Assembly (NCBI GenBank): GCA_034436775.1 | Contig: DAOTVI010000082.1 | Location: 2,753-66,752, forward strand | Direction of reading: 5' to 3' | From: Anaerolineae bacterium | GTDB taxonomy: Bacteria > Chloroflexota > Anaerolineae > 4572-78 > NAK82 | Length of the DNA: 64,000 nucleotides | Shown here: piece by piece, positions 49,141 through 59,134 of the stretch | Position numbering within the stretch: the first letter of the stretch is position 1 | Layout: the number at the start of each line of letters is the position of its first letter | Translations under genes and position numbers: made by a program | The notes under the pieces: generated by a model | What the model saw: the letters and a program-made list of their open reading frames with translations, nothing else | The model's database searches: none | Told to the model about the DNA's origin: nothing

Positions 49141-50367
49141 TTATATCACGCCGTCCGCTCGGAACTGCGCGATTTCCGAGGGCGTGTAGCCCAGATCTCG
49201 CAAAATCGCCTCTGTGTGCTCGCCCAGCAGAGGGGGTGGCAGGCGGTACGTGACCGGTGTCGCACTGAAGTGCACTGGATTGGCCAGCGACTTCAGCACT
49301 CCCAGCTGTGGATGTTCCAGCTCCACAATGAATCCGCGTTCGACCAGCTGCGGGTGCGCCAACGCTTCGGCTACCGAATTGATGGGGCCACAGGGGATTT
49401 GAGCCGCGCGGAACGCCTCCAGCCACGCTTCGGCCTCCCGTTGCAGCAAGATCTCCTGCAAAAGGGGGATGAGCTCCGCGCGATGCTGCAAGCGTGCCGC
49501 GTTTGTCGCGAAGCGCGCATCGCGCATAATGGTGTCCTCGATGCCCAAAACTTGGCAAAAGCGTTCCCAGAGACGTTGCGTGCCCACGGCGACCGTGATG
49601 AACTTATCACGCGTTTTGAAGAGCTGATACGGCACAATGCTGGGATGGGCGTTGCCGACCCGTCGCGGAGGCTCGCCTCCGTTCAGCAGAGCGCTGGCCG
49701 GCAGCGCCAGATAAGCGGTATGGCTCTCCAACAAGCTTAGATCCAGCACCTGTCCACGACCGGTGTGCTCGCGGGCCAATAGCGCGGCGACAATCCCAAG
49801 TGCCGCGTAGATGCCGGTTGTCATATCCGCCAGCGGGATGCCAAAGCGCATTGCCTCACCCTCGGGCTCGCCCGTGATGCTCATCAGGCCGCTTTCCGCC
49901 TGGGCCACCATATCATAGCCGGGGCGCTCTGCCCATGGCCCGCTCAAACCATAGCCGGTGATGGCCACATAGATCAACCGCGCGTTGGATGCGGTGACCG
50001 TTTCCACGTCGATGCCGGTCTCGCGCTGCGAGCTCAGACGGGGCATATTGTGCACCAGCACATCCGCGCGTGCGATCAGACGCTGTAAGATCTCGCGGCC
50101 TACAGGCGTTTTGAGGTCGAGCGTCAAGCTGCGTTTATTTCGATTCACCGCCAGGAAGTAGGTGCTCTGCGAATCCACGAAGGGTGGCCCCCATCCGCGG
50201 GACTGGTCTCCGCAGCCCGGGGGCTCGATTTTGATGACATCAGCGCCCATGTCGCCCAGCAGCATCGTGCAATACGGACCTGCGAGGGCCTGGGTCAAGT
50301 CGAGCACCAGGATATTATGCAGCACGCCGTCGGACTGGGTGGTTTCCGGTTGATGTGGGTTGCGCAT
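49141..50367 (-). CDS. CaiB/BaiF family (class III) CoA-transferase
   Basis: LDLTQALAGP, DMGADVIKIE, NRNKRSLTLDLK, GYD, PPLLGEHT; start reassigned to 50367. Confidence 0.92.
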   Translation of the reverse strand: MRNPHQPETTQSDGVLHNILVLDLTQALAGPYCTMLLGDMGADVIKIEPPGCGDQSRGWGPPFVDSQSTYFLAVNRNKRSLTLDLKTPVGREILQRLIARADVLVHNMPRLSSQRETGIDVETVTASNARLIYVAITGYGLSGPWAERPGYDMVAQAESGLMSITGEPEGEAMRFGIPLADMTTGIYAALGIVAALLAREHTGRGQVLDLSLLESHTAYLALPASALLNGGEPPRRVGNAHPSIVPYQLFKTRDKFITVAVGTQRLWERFCQVLGIEDTIMRDARFATNAARLQHRAELIPLLQEILLQREAEAWLEAFRAAQIPCGPINSVAEALAHPQLVERGFIVELEHPQLGVLKSLANPVHFSATPVTYRLPPPLLGEHTEAILRDLGYTPSEIAQFRADGVI

Positions 50368-50381
50368 CGTGTTCTGATCCG

Positions 50382-51437
50382 TTAAGAGGTTTTTTGACCC
50401 ATGGAGGACTCGGATGGTGGCTCTGACATTCCATCTGACGGATCGCAGTCGGAGGACAAGTGTGCGGCATGTACCGTGACAGGAACGCATGGGGCCGGCG
50501 CGCCCTCTCGTTCCAGGAGCTGGGCTGCCCGCATCACGTCCTCCTGTATCTGGGCCACGAGTGCGTTTGCACTGTCAAACTGTCTCTCCGCGCGCAGGAA
50601 CTCTATCAGCTCTAACCGCAGCACTTGGTCATATAGGTTGCCGGTAAAGCCCAACAGGTGGGCTTCCACCGTGAGCTGCTGTTCGGAGAAGGTCGGTCGT
50701 ACTCCGACATTCGCCACTGCCGGCCAACGCTGCCCCTCCACACAGGCGAAACAGGCGTAGACACCTCTAGGTGGCATCACCAAGCCAGGGGGCACTGCAA
50801 TATTGGCCGTAGGAAAGCCGAGACTTCTGCCACGCGTGGCACCACGGACCACAGGGCCACTCAACGCGTAGTAACGGCCCAACAACGCGTTCGCCTGGCG
50901 AATTTGTCCCGACTGTAGCAGCTGACGGATGCGCGTGCTGCTGACGATCTCCCCGTCGCAGACAAGTGGTTCGACCACGTGCAGGGAGAAGCCCATTTCC
51001 TGTCCCAATTGGCGCAGACGCGTGATGTCTCCTTCGCGATTGCGTCCCATAGCCGAGTTGGGGCCGATCCATAACTCACGCATCCGCAGGTGAGTGACCA
51101 GGCCGGTGACGAAATCAGCGGCGGATACCTGCGCCAGCTCACGCGTGAAATGAAGTACGACGATTATCTGAATGCCCAGCTGGGCAAGCAGGGCACATTT
51201 TTCCTCATGCGTGGTCAAATCGTAATTCGGTCGTTCGGGGAAAAGGACGACCTGAGGCCTTGGACGAAAGGTGACCACTACACTATGAAAGCCACGCTGC
51301 TGTGCTGTTCGCTGCATCGCCCCCAGCAGATGCTGATGGCCGAGGTGGACTCCGTCAAAGGATCCCACGGTCACCAGGGAGGGACGCTCAATCGAAGCAT
51401 CTGAGAAAGTTTCAACGATTTGCACGGCGCTCTTCAC
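50382..51437 (-). CDS. ribF: bifunctional riboflavin kinase / FAD synthetase
   Basis: GSFDGVHLGH, VSSTRIR, GRSLGFPTAN, VGVRPTF. Confidence 0.95.
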   Translation of the reverse strand: MKSAVQIVETFSDASIERPSLVTVGSFDGVHLGHQHLLGAMQRTAQQRGFHSVVVTFRPRPQVVLFPERPNYDLTTHEEKCALLAQLGIQIIVVLHFTRELAQVSAADFVTGLVTHLRMRELWIGPNSAMGRNREGDITRLRQLGQEMGFSLHVVEPLVCDGEIVSSTRIRQLLQSGQIRQANALLGRYYALSGPVVRGATRGRSLGFPTANIAVPPGLVMPPRGVYACFACVEGQRWPAVANVGVRPTFSEQQLTVEAHLLGFTGNLYDQVLRLELIEFLRAERQFDSANALVAQIQEDVMRAAQLLEREGAPAPCVPVTVHAAHLSSDCDPSDGMSEPPSESSMGQKTS

Positions 51438-52336
51438 AAAAGGAAAACTTTATCCGGTTGCCACCAACCGGGTTTGTCGTCTGCCGGTCGCAAGAGGGCG
51501 CGCAAGTTGCCGTCGGGTGTGTAGATGCGCAGCGGGAATGCCGCAGGGGCATCGGGAATGGATACCCACTGGCCCTGTGTCACGCGCATGGCCATCTCCT
51601 CGGTGACCTCCAGGCGTGGTAGGTCTTGCAATGCGGTGTCTAACGGGTGGAGATATTGCATCCACTCACCCTGAACAACCGCGGTGCGCAGCTGTTCAAG
51701 GGTGATGGCTTCCTCGATGCGCCAGGCACCGCTGGCACGGCGTTGCAACGCGCACACATGCGCCCCGACACCCAGCAAAACGCCGAGATCATGAGCCAGC
51801 GAACGCACATAAGTGCCTGGAGAACAGCGAACCTCCAGGGTGAGCAAAGGGGGCTGCCACGCTCTCATCTCCAGCGCGATGATCTCGATCGAGCGCGGCT
51901 TCAACTGAACCGCAATTCCGCGCCGCGCCAGGCGGTACAGCCGTTCACCTCCCTGCCGCACAGCAGAAAACGGGGGCGGCAACTGCTGCTTCATAGGGCG
52001 TAACTGCTCTAAAGCGCGTTCGATCTCTTCGACCGACAGCGCAGGTAAGGGTGTCTCGCGGACGACCCTGCCGGTTGCGTCGTACGTATCGGTCTCGATG
52101 CCCAGGTGAAACGTGGCATGGTAGAGTTTCTCGCCCCGCATGAGATACTCAGCGACGCGGGTGGCCTGTCCCACGCACACCAACAGCACACCGGTGGCGA
52201 TGGGATCCAGCGTGCCGGCATGCCCGACGCGACGCACGTCCAACAGGCGCCGCACCTCGGCAACCACGTCGTGCGAGGTGAGGCCATACGGTTTGTTGAT
52301 GTTGAATATACCATGGGCGCGCCTTTTGTCGCTCAT
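51434..52336 (-). CDS. truB: tRNA pseudouridine(55) synthase
   Basis: NKPYGLTSHDVV, GHAGTLDP, GTYVRSLA. Confidence 0.96.
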   Translation of the reverse strand: MSDKRRAHGIFNINKPYGLTSHDVVAEVRRLLDVRRVGHAGTLDPIATGVLLVCVGQATRVAEYLMRGEKLYHATFHLGIETDTYDATGRVVRETPLPALSVEEIERALEQLRPMKQQLPPPFSAVRQGGERLYRLARRGIAVQLKPRSIEIIALEMRAWQPPLLTLEVRCSPGTYVRSLAHDLGVLLGVGAHVCALQRRASGAWRIEEAITLEQLRTAVVQGEWMQYLHPLDTALQDLPRLEVTEEMAMRVTQGQWVSIPDAPAAFPLRIYTPDGNLRALLRPADDKPGWWQPDKVFLL

Positions 52337-52707
52337 GGGATATCCGGCGTCGAGGATCGCGTCTTGGCGATGGAGTCGAGCAGCCGATCGATGCGCATGC
52401 CGCGCTCGATGGAGTCATCCAACCGGAACATCAGGTGTGGCACAATGCGCAGTGACAAGGCTGCGGCGATCTCTCGTCGCAGGAATCCTGTCGCGCTCTT
52501 GAGACCGGCAAGTGCCTCTTGGGCCTCTTCCTGTGTGCCCAACACACTCACATAGACCCAGGCATTTTCCAGGTCCGGACTCACCTCGACGCCTGTGACC
52601 GTCACGCCTCTCAGACGTGGATCGCGCGCCTTACGCAAGATCAACGTGCCGATCTCTTCATGGAGCAGCTCCGCTACCTGGCGTTGTCTTCGGGTGGTCA
52701 TAACCAC
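52333..52707 (-). CDS. rbfA: ribosome-binding factor A
   Basis: DPRL, VSPDL, LRIVPHLMFRLDDS. Confidence 0.95.
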   Translation of the reverse strand: MVMTTRRQRQVAELLHEEIGTLILRKARDPRLRGVTVTGVEVSPDLENAWVYVSVLGTQEEAQEALAGLKSATGFLRREIAAALSLRIVPHLMFRLDDSIERGMRIDRLLDSIAKTRSSTPDIP

Positions 52708-52719
52708 AATCTCCAGGAG

Positions 52720-54579
52720 CTACGAAACACGTTCTTTCTTATAAACCTCGATGATATCACCCACCTGGTAATCCTGGAAATTTTCTAGGGCGATGCCACA
52801 CTCATAACCGGCATTCACCTCGGCCACATCCTCGGTGAACCGTCGCAACGAGGCGATGGCACCGTCGTACACCTGCTCACCATTGCGTAACAGGCGGGCC
52901 TGGCTGTTGCGGGTAATCTGGCCATCCAGCACATATGCTCCGGCCACGTTGCCACGACGCGAGATTTTGAAGACGGCACGCACCTCGGCATGGCCTGTGA
53001 CAACTTCCCGATAGGTCGGCTCCAGTTTCCCTTTCAGAGCTTTGTCCAGGTCCTCAATCAACCGATAGATCACGTCATAGAGTCGAATGTCCACTCCCTC
53101 TGCCTCAGCCAGCCGCTGCGCTGCCGGGTCAACGCTCACATTGAATCCGATCACAATGGCAGAGGAAGCGACGGCCAACATCACATCGGATTCGGTGATG
53201 TTGCCGGTGCCCTGGCGCAGGAAGCGCACGCGACATTCTGGACTGCCCAACCCACATACGGATTTGACAATCGGTTCGATTGAACCTTGCACATCCGCCT
53301 TGAGCACAATGTTGACCTCTTTGGTCTCTCCGCTCTGCATCCGGCTGAAGACTTCTTCGAGCGAAATGGTGCGGCGCTGTTGCTTATCGGCCGCGCGCTC
53401 AGCCGCCAGGCGTGCATTGACGATCTCACGCGCGGCATGTTCAGAAGCCACCACCTCGAAACGCTCCCCGGCCAACGGCACCACCGGGAACCCCAGAATG
53501 GCAACCGGCGTCGAAGGCCCTGCTTGCTTGATGCGGTTGCCCCGATCGTCGAACATAGCGCGTACCTTGCCGAAATGGGTGCCGATGACCACGACGTCAC
53601 CGACGCGCAAGGTGCCATTCTGAACCAGCAGGGTCACTTTGGCGCCCTGTCGTTCGTCCATGGTGCTCTCAATGACGGTGCCTTGGGCCGGGCGGTCAGG
53701 ATTGGCCCGCAAATCTGCCACATCGGTGACCAGGAAGATGTTTTCCAGGAGTTCGTCAATGCCGATTTGCATCTTGGCCGATATGGGCACGCAGATGACA
53801 TCGCCACCCCATTCCTCAACCAACAGCCCGGCGTCAGCCAATTGTTGCTTAACCCGCTCGGGGTTGGCATTGCTTTTGTCAATCTTGTTTAGGGCCACCA
53901 ATATAGGCACTTGGGCGGCGCGGGCATGTTCGATCGCTTCGCGCGTTTGAGGCATGACTCCGTCATCGGCCGCAACAACCAGGATGACCAGGTCGGTGAC
54001 TTGAGCACCTCGCGCGCGCATCGCGGTGAAAGCTTCATGTCCAGGGGTGTCCAGAAAGGTGATCTTGCGTCCCCCCACCGTCACCTGGTAGGCACCGATG
54101 TGTTGGGTGATCCCACCGGCTTCCTCTGCGGTGACGTTCGTGGCGCGAATGCGGTCCAGCAAGGTTGTCTTACCATGGTCCACATGGCCCAGCACCGCCA
54201 CGACGGGCGGCCGGGGCTTCAGTTTGCTGGGATCCTCATCGGCGATGAAACGATCGCGTGCCGGTACGTCGGTTGTCGTGGTCGGTGTCGGCTCGCTAGG
54301 TGTTTCGGGCAACACCTCAAAGCCCATGTCGCTGGCCACAATCGCTGCCGTGTCAAAGTCGATCGGCTGGTTGATGGTGGCCATGATGCCATTGCTCATC
54401 AGCTGCTTGATCACGTCGATGGGACTCACGTGCATCAAGTTGGCCAGCTCACGCACTGTCAAGCTGGAAGGCACGCGAATCGTACGCGATTCGGCCGTGC
54501 GCATTTCGGCAGATGATGCTTGCGGTGCTTGCACTTGGGACACTCGAGCTTGTACCACTTTCGCCTGGTTCCTACCCAT
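52720..54579 (-). CDS. infB: translation initiation factor IF-2
   Basis: [29 protein letters not shown]; start MGRNQ at 54579 behind SD GAGGAGG. Confidence 0.97.
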   Translation of the reverse strand: MGRNQAKVVQARVSQVQAPQASSAEMRTAESRTIRVPSSLTVRELANLMHVSPIDVIKQLMSNGIMATINQPIDFDTAAIVASDMGFEVLPETPSEPTPTTTTDVPARDRFIADEDPSKLKPRPPVVAVLGHVDHGKTTLLDRIRATNVTAEEAGGITQHIGAYQVTVGGRKITFLDTPGHEAFTAMRARGAQVTDLVILVVAADDGVMPQTREAIEHARAAQVPILVALNKIDKSNANPERVKQQLADAGLLVEEWGGDVICVPISAKMQIGIDELLENIFLVTDVADLRANPDRPAQGTVIESTMDERQGAKVTLLVQNGTLRVGDVVVIGTHFGKVRAMFDDRGNRIKQAGPSTPVAILGFPVVPLAGERFEVVASEHAAREIVNARLAAERAADKQQRRTISLEEVFSRMQSGETKEVNIVLKADVQGSIEPIVKSVCGLGSPECRVRFLRQGTGNITESDVMLAVASSAIVIGFNVSVDPAAQRLAEAEGVDIRLYDVIYRLIEDLDKALKGKLEPTYREVVTGHAEVRAVFKISRRGNVAGAYVLDGQITRNSQARLLRNGEQVYDGAIASLRRFTEDVAEVNAGYECGIALENFQDYQVGDIIEVYKKERVS

Positions 54580-54978
54580 ACCAACCTCCTCATTCTCGCG
54601 GTGACATTGTGCGCCGCGACATACCTGTATCTCCTTTGAACCTGCGTAGAGGCAGGTTCCGTCTCCATCTCGACCGGGGGCACACGCTGCCAGGTCGAGC
54701 CGCTTATTGCAGATCTCGAGCACAGAAAGCCGACAGATCGGATATTGTCACTGAGATGTCGCGGGGATAAGGGAGGGCGGGCGTTTTTGGTGTGGGGGAA
54801 GTGCGCGTGCTTAAATCTTCAACCTTCCTCGGCCATCATTGCCGTCCTCCCGATCCCGCCAGAATCATCACACTATGCACTTTTGTGTTGCTCTTCCGGT
54901 CTGTCACACTCAACCGATGCGCCGTCAGCTTCGGGAGCCGAGCGGTGGAGCAATCCCTTCCGCGGCTCCTGGAAGCGC

Positions 54979-55314
54979 TTATGCTCCTTTGACCTCTGTG
55001 TAATGGAATGCGAGATTTGTCTCGACCTCGTCCGACAGCTGCTGGGCGTATGCATGCAGCGCAGACCACACCTCCTCATCCGGCACGGTGTGCAGAGCGG
55101 CTATCAAGCGACTGCGCGCGAACTGACGAGGCGAGTCGCCAATGGCACTTTGCCAGCAACGTCGGTTGCGACAGAGATAAGCGCCTCGACCGTTCATCTT
55201 ACCTGTGCTGTCAACACAAATGCGCCCATCTGGGGTGCGCACAATTCGGATGAGCTCACGCTTTGCGCGCACCGCGCGGCAGGCAACACACGTGCGCAGT
55301 GGTATGTGCTTCAT
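54979..55314 (-). CDS. ylxR: YlxR/DUF448 family RNA-binding protein
   Basis: PLRTCVACR, ELIRIV, GRGAYLC. Confidence 0.92.
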   Translation of the reverse strand: MKHIPLRTCVACRAVRAKRELIRIVRTPDGRICVDSTGKMNGRGAYLCRNRRCWQSAIGDSPRQFARSRLIAALHTVPDEEVWSALHAYAQQLSDEVETNLAFHYTEVKGA

Positions 55315-55329
55315 CCCAGCACTCCGACT

Positions 55330-57084
55330 TTACAGATAGTCTTCCCAATCGCCCCGTTGGCGTCCGGGCTTGCGCCGACGATGGGAGATATAGGCCCCCA
55401 ATTCTTCGTCGTAGATGAGCTCATGCCGCTTGCCGCGTTGTTTCTTTTTGCGTGCACCTCCGGGCAGATCTTCCTCTTCTTCATCCTCCCAAGCGTACAG
55501 CTCTTCGGGTGCTTGCAGGCGGTTTAGCTCCTCTTCGAGCGAGATCTCCTGCGGTGCGGTCTCAGCCTGGGAAGAGCTTTCGGTGGTCTCTTCCATCACC
55601 ACAGCCACTTCTTCCTCCCACAAGGGGAAGGGGATGGAATCAGGTTCGGCAGCTTCGAGCGCCTCAGTCGCCTCACCGACGCTCGCCTCCGCTTCCCGGG
55701 GTTGCTCTTCACCAGCCTCGACCGACTTTGCCGCCAGGATCGCCTCAGCGCGGGCAAGCAGATCCTCCCCATGTTCGATACGCGGTGATGTTTCGGATGG
55801 CTCCTTTTCTGCCAGAGCGCGGATAACCGCTTCGCGCAGGCGCAATGCTGCGCGCTCCTTTTCGAGGGCCTTCTCGGCCTCATACACAATGCGTACCACC
55901 TGGCTGAGCGCCTGCATCTCGCCATCGGAAAGGGTGGTGCTCTCTTTTTCTTGCAAAATTTCACGAGCCATCGTGATCAGATGCTGTTCGCGCGCGACCG
56001 CGGCTCGCAGATCCTTGTCCTCCGCCACCTTGGCCAACGCTTCAGAAGCTGCTTCGGAGATGCTCTTGATATCAATACGCCAGTTGGTCAGCTTGGCAGC
56101 GAGGCGAGCGTTTTGACCTTCCTTGCCGATGGCGAGCGACAGCTGACGGTCCGGCACCACAACGATGGCGGTTTTGTCATTGGTGTCATCCTCCAGCATG
56201 ACGTTCAGCACTTTAGCCGGGCTTAAGCTGTTCGCGATCAGGGTGGCCGGGTCAGAGCTCCAGGCCACCACGTCGATCTTCTCGCCGTTCAACTCGTTCA
56301 CAATGCTCTGGATGCGCACGCCGCGCATGCCAACGCACGAGCCCACCGGATCCACACCCTCCTGTAGAGCGGCTACGGCCACCTTGGAGCGATAGCCCGC
56401 CTCGCGCGCGATCGCCTTGATTTCCACAATGCCGTTGTAGATCTCCGGCACCTCCAGCTCGAGCAGGCGACGCAACATATTGCGATGCGTGCGCGATACA
56501 ATGATCAAGGGTCCGCGGGGCGTCTTCTGCACTTCCGAGACGTACGCGCGCAAGCGTTGACCGATGCTGTAGCGCTCGGTGGGTATCTGCTCACTGCGTG
56601 GCAGGATCGCTTCCACCCTACCCAAGCTGAGTGTGACCTGCTGGGAGTCGATGCTCTGCACCGTGCCGTTGACGATCTCGCCCTCGCGATCGGCATAAGC
56701 ATGGTAGAGCGAGTCCCGTTCCGCCTCGCGGATGCGCTGCAGAATCACCTGGCGCGCTGTCTGAGCGGCGATGCGCCCGAAATCCCGGGGCGTAATGTCC
56801 ACCAACACCACTTCGCCCAGGTTGGCGTCCGGCTTGATACGGCGCGCTTCCTCCAGCGCAATTTCGCGCGCTGCATCCGTGACGCGCTCGACCACCGTCT
56901 TTTCGCAATAGATATGCGCCGTACATGTCTCCAGGTCCAGGCGTGCGGTGATGCCCGGCGCAGGACCAAATCTGCGCCGATACGCCGAAACCAGTGCGGC
57001 ATGGATGGCCTCCAGCACCACTTCCTTGGGGAGCTGGCGTTCGTGGCACACCTGATTGATGGCCGCGATAAACTCTTTATTCAC
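55330..57084 (-). CDS. nusA: transcription termination/antitermination factor NusA with long acidic C-terminal extension
   Basis: FGRIAAQTARQV, REAGYRSK, GSCVG, LSLAIGKEGQNARLAAKLT; GTG start at 57084. Confidence 0.96.
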   Translation of the reverse strand: MNKEFIAAINQVCHERQLPKEVVLEAIHAALVSAYRRRFGPAPGITARLDLETCTAHIYCEKTVVERVTDAAREIALEEARRIKPDANLGEVVLVDITPRDFGRIAAQTARQVILQRIREAERDSLYHAYADREGEIVNGTVQSIDSQQVTLSLGRVEAILPRSEQIPTERYSIGQRLRAYVSEVQKTPRGPLIIVSRTHRNMLRRLLELEVPEIYNGIVEIKAIAREAGYRSKVAVAALQEGVDPVGSCVGMRGVRIQSIVNELNGEKIDVVAWSSDPATLIANSLSPAKVLNVMLEDDTNDKTAIVVVPDRQLSLAIGKEGQNARLAAKLTNWRIDIKSISEAASEALAKVAEDKDLRAAVAREQHLITMAREILQEKESTTLSDGEMQALSQVVRIVYEAEKALEKERAALRLREAVIRALAEKEPSETSPRIEHGEDLLARAEAILAAKSVEAGEEQPREAEASVGEATEALEAAEPDSIPFPLWEEEVAVVMEETTESSSQAETAPQEISLEEELNRLQAPEELYAWEDEEEEDLPGGARKKKQRGKRHELIYDEELGAYISHRRRKPGRQRGDWEDYL

Positions 57085-57156
57085 AATTCTTCTTTGACCT
57101 CCTGCCTCTGCTACTCGTTGCGAAGGTCGTGCCTCCCGAATCATATCTTCTTACAA

Positions 57157-57184
57157 AGAAAAGTGGGGGGAAACCCACTTTTCT
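57157..57184 (-). terminator. leader terminator/attenuator upstream of nusA (rimP-leader-like)
   Basis: Minus strand AGAAAAGTGGG-TTTCCC-CCCACTTTTCT then TTG, lying between the promoter and the nusA start. Confidence 0.7.
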
Positions 57185-57212
57185 GTGATGACACTCGGTT
57201 AAATCACTACCC

Positions 57213-57241
57213 ATTATATCACTCCATGGCAGCAATTGCAA
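57213..57241 (-). promoter_or_regulatory. sigma70 promoter for the nusA-infB operon
   Basis: TTGCAA-17 bp-TATAAT with TGn extended -10. Confidence 0.75.
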
Positions 57242-57423
57242 ATCTGTGAAGGGAGAGAGGTGCACTTCAATCCTGGAGCATGCTCTACATAGGAGAGACC
57301 CTAGAGATGCTTTGGGACTGCAACAGACGGTTTTTCGGCCATTTTTGTGAGCGTTTGAGCCGTTTGGCGCGTGCATGGCGGAGCCTTGCCCCAAGCTGAA
57401 ATGCACCCCTCACACTATCATGC

Positions 57424-57452
57424 TTGCTCCCTCGCACAAAATGTTATATAAT
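57424..57452 (+). promoter_or_regulatory. sigma70 promoter for tRNA-Thr
   Basis: TTGCTC-17 bp-TATAAT, 28 nt before the tRNA. Confidence 0.65.
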
Positions 57453-57480
57453 TGCCGATAGAATATGTTCGTACTGGCCT

Positions 57481-57553
57481 GCCACCCTAGCTCAATCGGC
57501 AGAGCAGCCGCTTCGTAAGCGGCGGGTTATCGGTTCGAGTCCGATGGGTGGCT
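57481..57553 (+). tRNA. tRNA-Thr(CGT)
   Basis: Full cloverleaf: GCCACCC/GGGTGGC acceptor stem, GCCGC-TTCGTAA-GCGGC anticodon arm, GGTTCGAGTCC T-arm; CCA not encoded. Confidence 0.97.
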
Positions 57554-57650
57554 TGTGTGATTCAAGATATACACAATTGTCCGACGATTGACACTCATAG
57601 GCATAGCCCGTCGTGTTGCCGCGATGGCTAGCCAAGGGGGTCTCCCCTCC

Positions 57651-58748
57651 ATGTCCACACCCGCCACCATTCGGGTGCTCATCGTGGATGATGACCCGAT
57701 CACCGTCGAGCAAGTGAGAGCTCACTTGCTGCGTCGCTCCTACATCATTGTAGGCTGTGCCGCCGATGGACATGAAGCGCTTCGTCTGGCGCAAAGGGAG
57801 CGGCCCGATGTCATTCTGATGGACATTGCGATGCCCGGCATGGACGGCATCACGGCCACAGAATGTATCTACCGCGAGTGCCCTACTCCCGTGGTGATCA
57901 TGACGGGACATCGTGATAACGCCACCATCGAGCGTGCCAGCGCCGCCGGCGCCGGCGCATACCTCGTCAAACCCCTTGATATGGAAGAGGTAGAACGTGC
58001 CATCACAATTGCCATAGCACGCTTTAAGGACATCATGGACTTGCGTGAGCGCAACGAGGAACTGGATGCGTTTGCCCACACAGTCGCTCACGATCTGAAG
58101 AATCCCCTGAGCGTCCTGATCAGCTATGCCGAATTGCTTGAGACAGAAGGCACCTCGATGAGCCCCGAAGAAATGCGTACATGGGCGCATGTCATTGTCG
58201 AAAAGGGCCATGAGGCGATCAACATCGTCAACGAACTGTTACTCCTCTCCTCCCTGAGGCGGCACGACATCATCACCACCCCGCTTGACATGCGGGCCAT
58301 CGTGCGGGGCGTGTTGTACCGGATGCGCAACCAGGTTTTACAAGCTCGGGCCAAGATCGAGCTGGTGGGCAGCTGGCCATATGCGCTGGGATATCGGCCT
58401 TGGGTGGAAGAAGTCTGGGTCAACTACCTGGACAACGCATTGAAGTACGGAGGTCACCCACCGCGCATCGAAATAGGTGGCACACTGCAGACAGATGGAA
58501 TGGCGCGCTACTGGGTGCGCGATAACGGCAACGGCATTCCGCCCGCGGAGCAGGAGCGTCTCTTTCGGCTTTGGAGCAGGATGGACAGTATGCGTGTCTC
58601 CGGACATGGGCTGGGTTTGTCCATCGTGCGCCGCATCGTGGAAAAGCTGGGCGGTTATGTAGGCGTCGAAAGCAGTGGCATGCCCGGCGAGGGCGCGCTT
58701 TTCTATTTTGTGCTGCCCCATGACACATGTCCTCCATCGCAGAGTTGA
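57651..58748 (+). CDS. REC-HisKA-HATPase hybrid kinase
   Basis: LIVDDD, ILMDIAMPG, YLVKP; TVAHDLKNPL, NYLDNALKY, DNGNGI, GHGLGLSIV; start uncertain (57588-57651). Confidence 0.9.
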   Translation: MSTPATIRVLIVDDDPITVEQVRAHLLRRSYIIVGCAADGHEALRLAQRERPDVILMDIAMPGMDGITATECIYRECPTPVVIMTGHRDNATIERASAAGAGAYLVKPLDMEEVERAITIAIARFKDIMDLRERNEELDAFAHTVAHDLKNPLSVLISYAELLETEGTSMSPEEMRTWAHVIVEKGHEAINIVNELLLLSSLRRHDIITTPLDMRAIVRGVLYRMRNQVLQARAKIELVGSWPYALGYRPWVEEVWVNYLDNALKYGGHPPRIEIGGTLQTDGMARYWVRDNGNGIPPAEQERLFRLWSRMDSMRVSGHGLGLSIVRRIVEKLGGYVGVESSGMPGEGALFYFVLPHDTCPPSQS

Positions 58749-59134
58749 GCATTTGCGCTGACATCCAACCCTGACGCTGGTATGGCTCGGCCTGCCCAGC
58801 GAATTGATCTACCTCGGCTATGGGCTGCTTTTTCCTCTTCTACTGCGCCTGCTTCCCGATAAGCCAGTTCAGTCGTAGGCAATGCTCCTCTTGGGGTACG
58901 TGTTGCCGCAATGCATCGGTGCGGGGAGCACCACCTTTTGTCAAAATTACCTCGATCGCCTTGGTAACGCTCTCCTGGTGCAAGTACGCCTGTGTCTTTT
59001 TCCACACGCGGAGATGCGATATAATCCGTTTAATTCCCAAACACCCATCGGCTACCAAGATGAGATGTGCCAGGAGATGGACGATTCCGCTGGTTCGGGT
59101 GAATAGACCTTGTGACCATTAGTGATCGATCCCG

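Noticed and set aside
58750-59058. Short minus-strand frame (..AYLHQESVTKAIEVILTKGGAPRT..) faintly resembling a HEPN domain, interrupted by TAG
   Set aside because: Similarity too weak, RxxxxH motif absent, no partner nucleotidyltransferase; could be a decayed gene but cannot be supported
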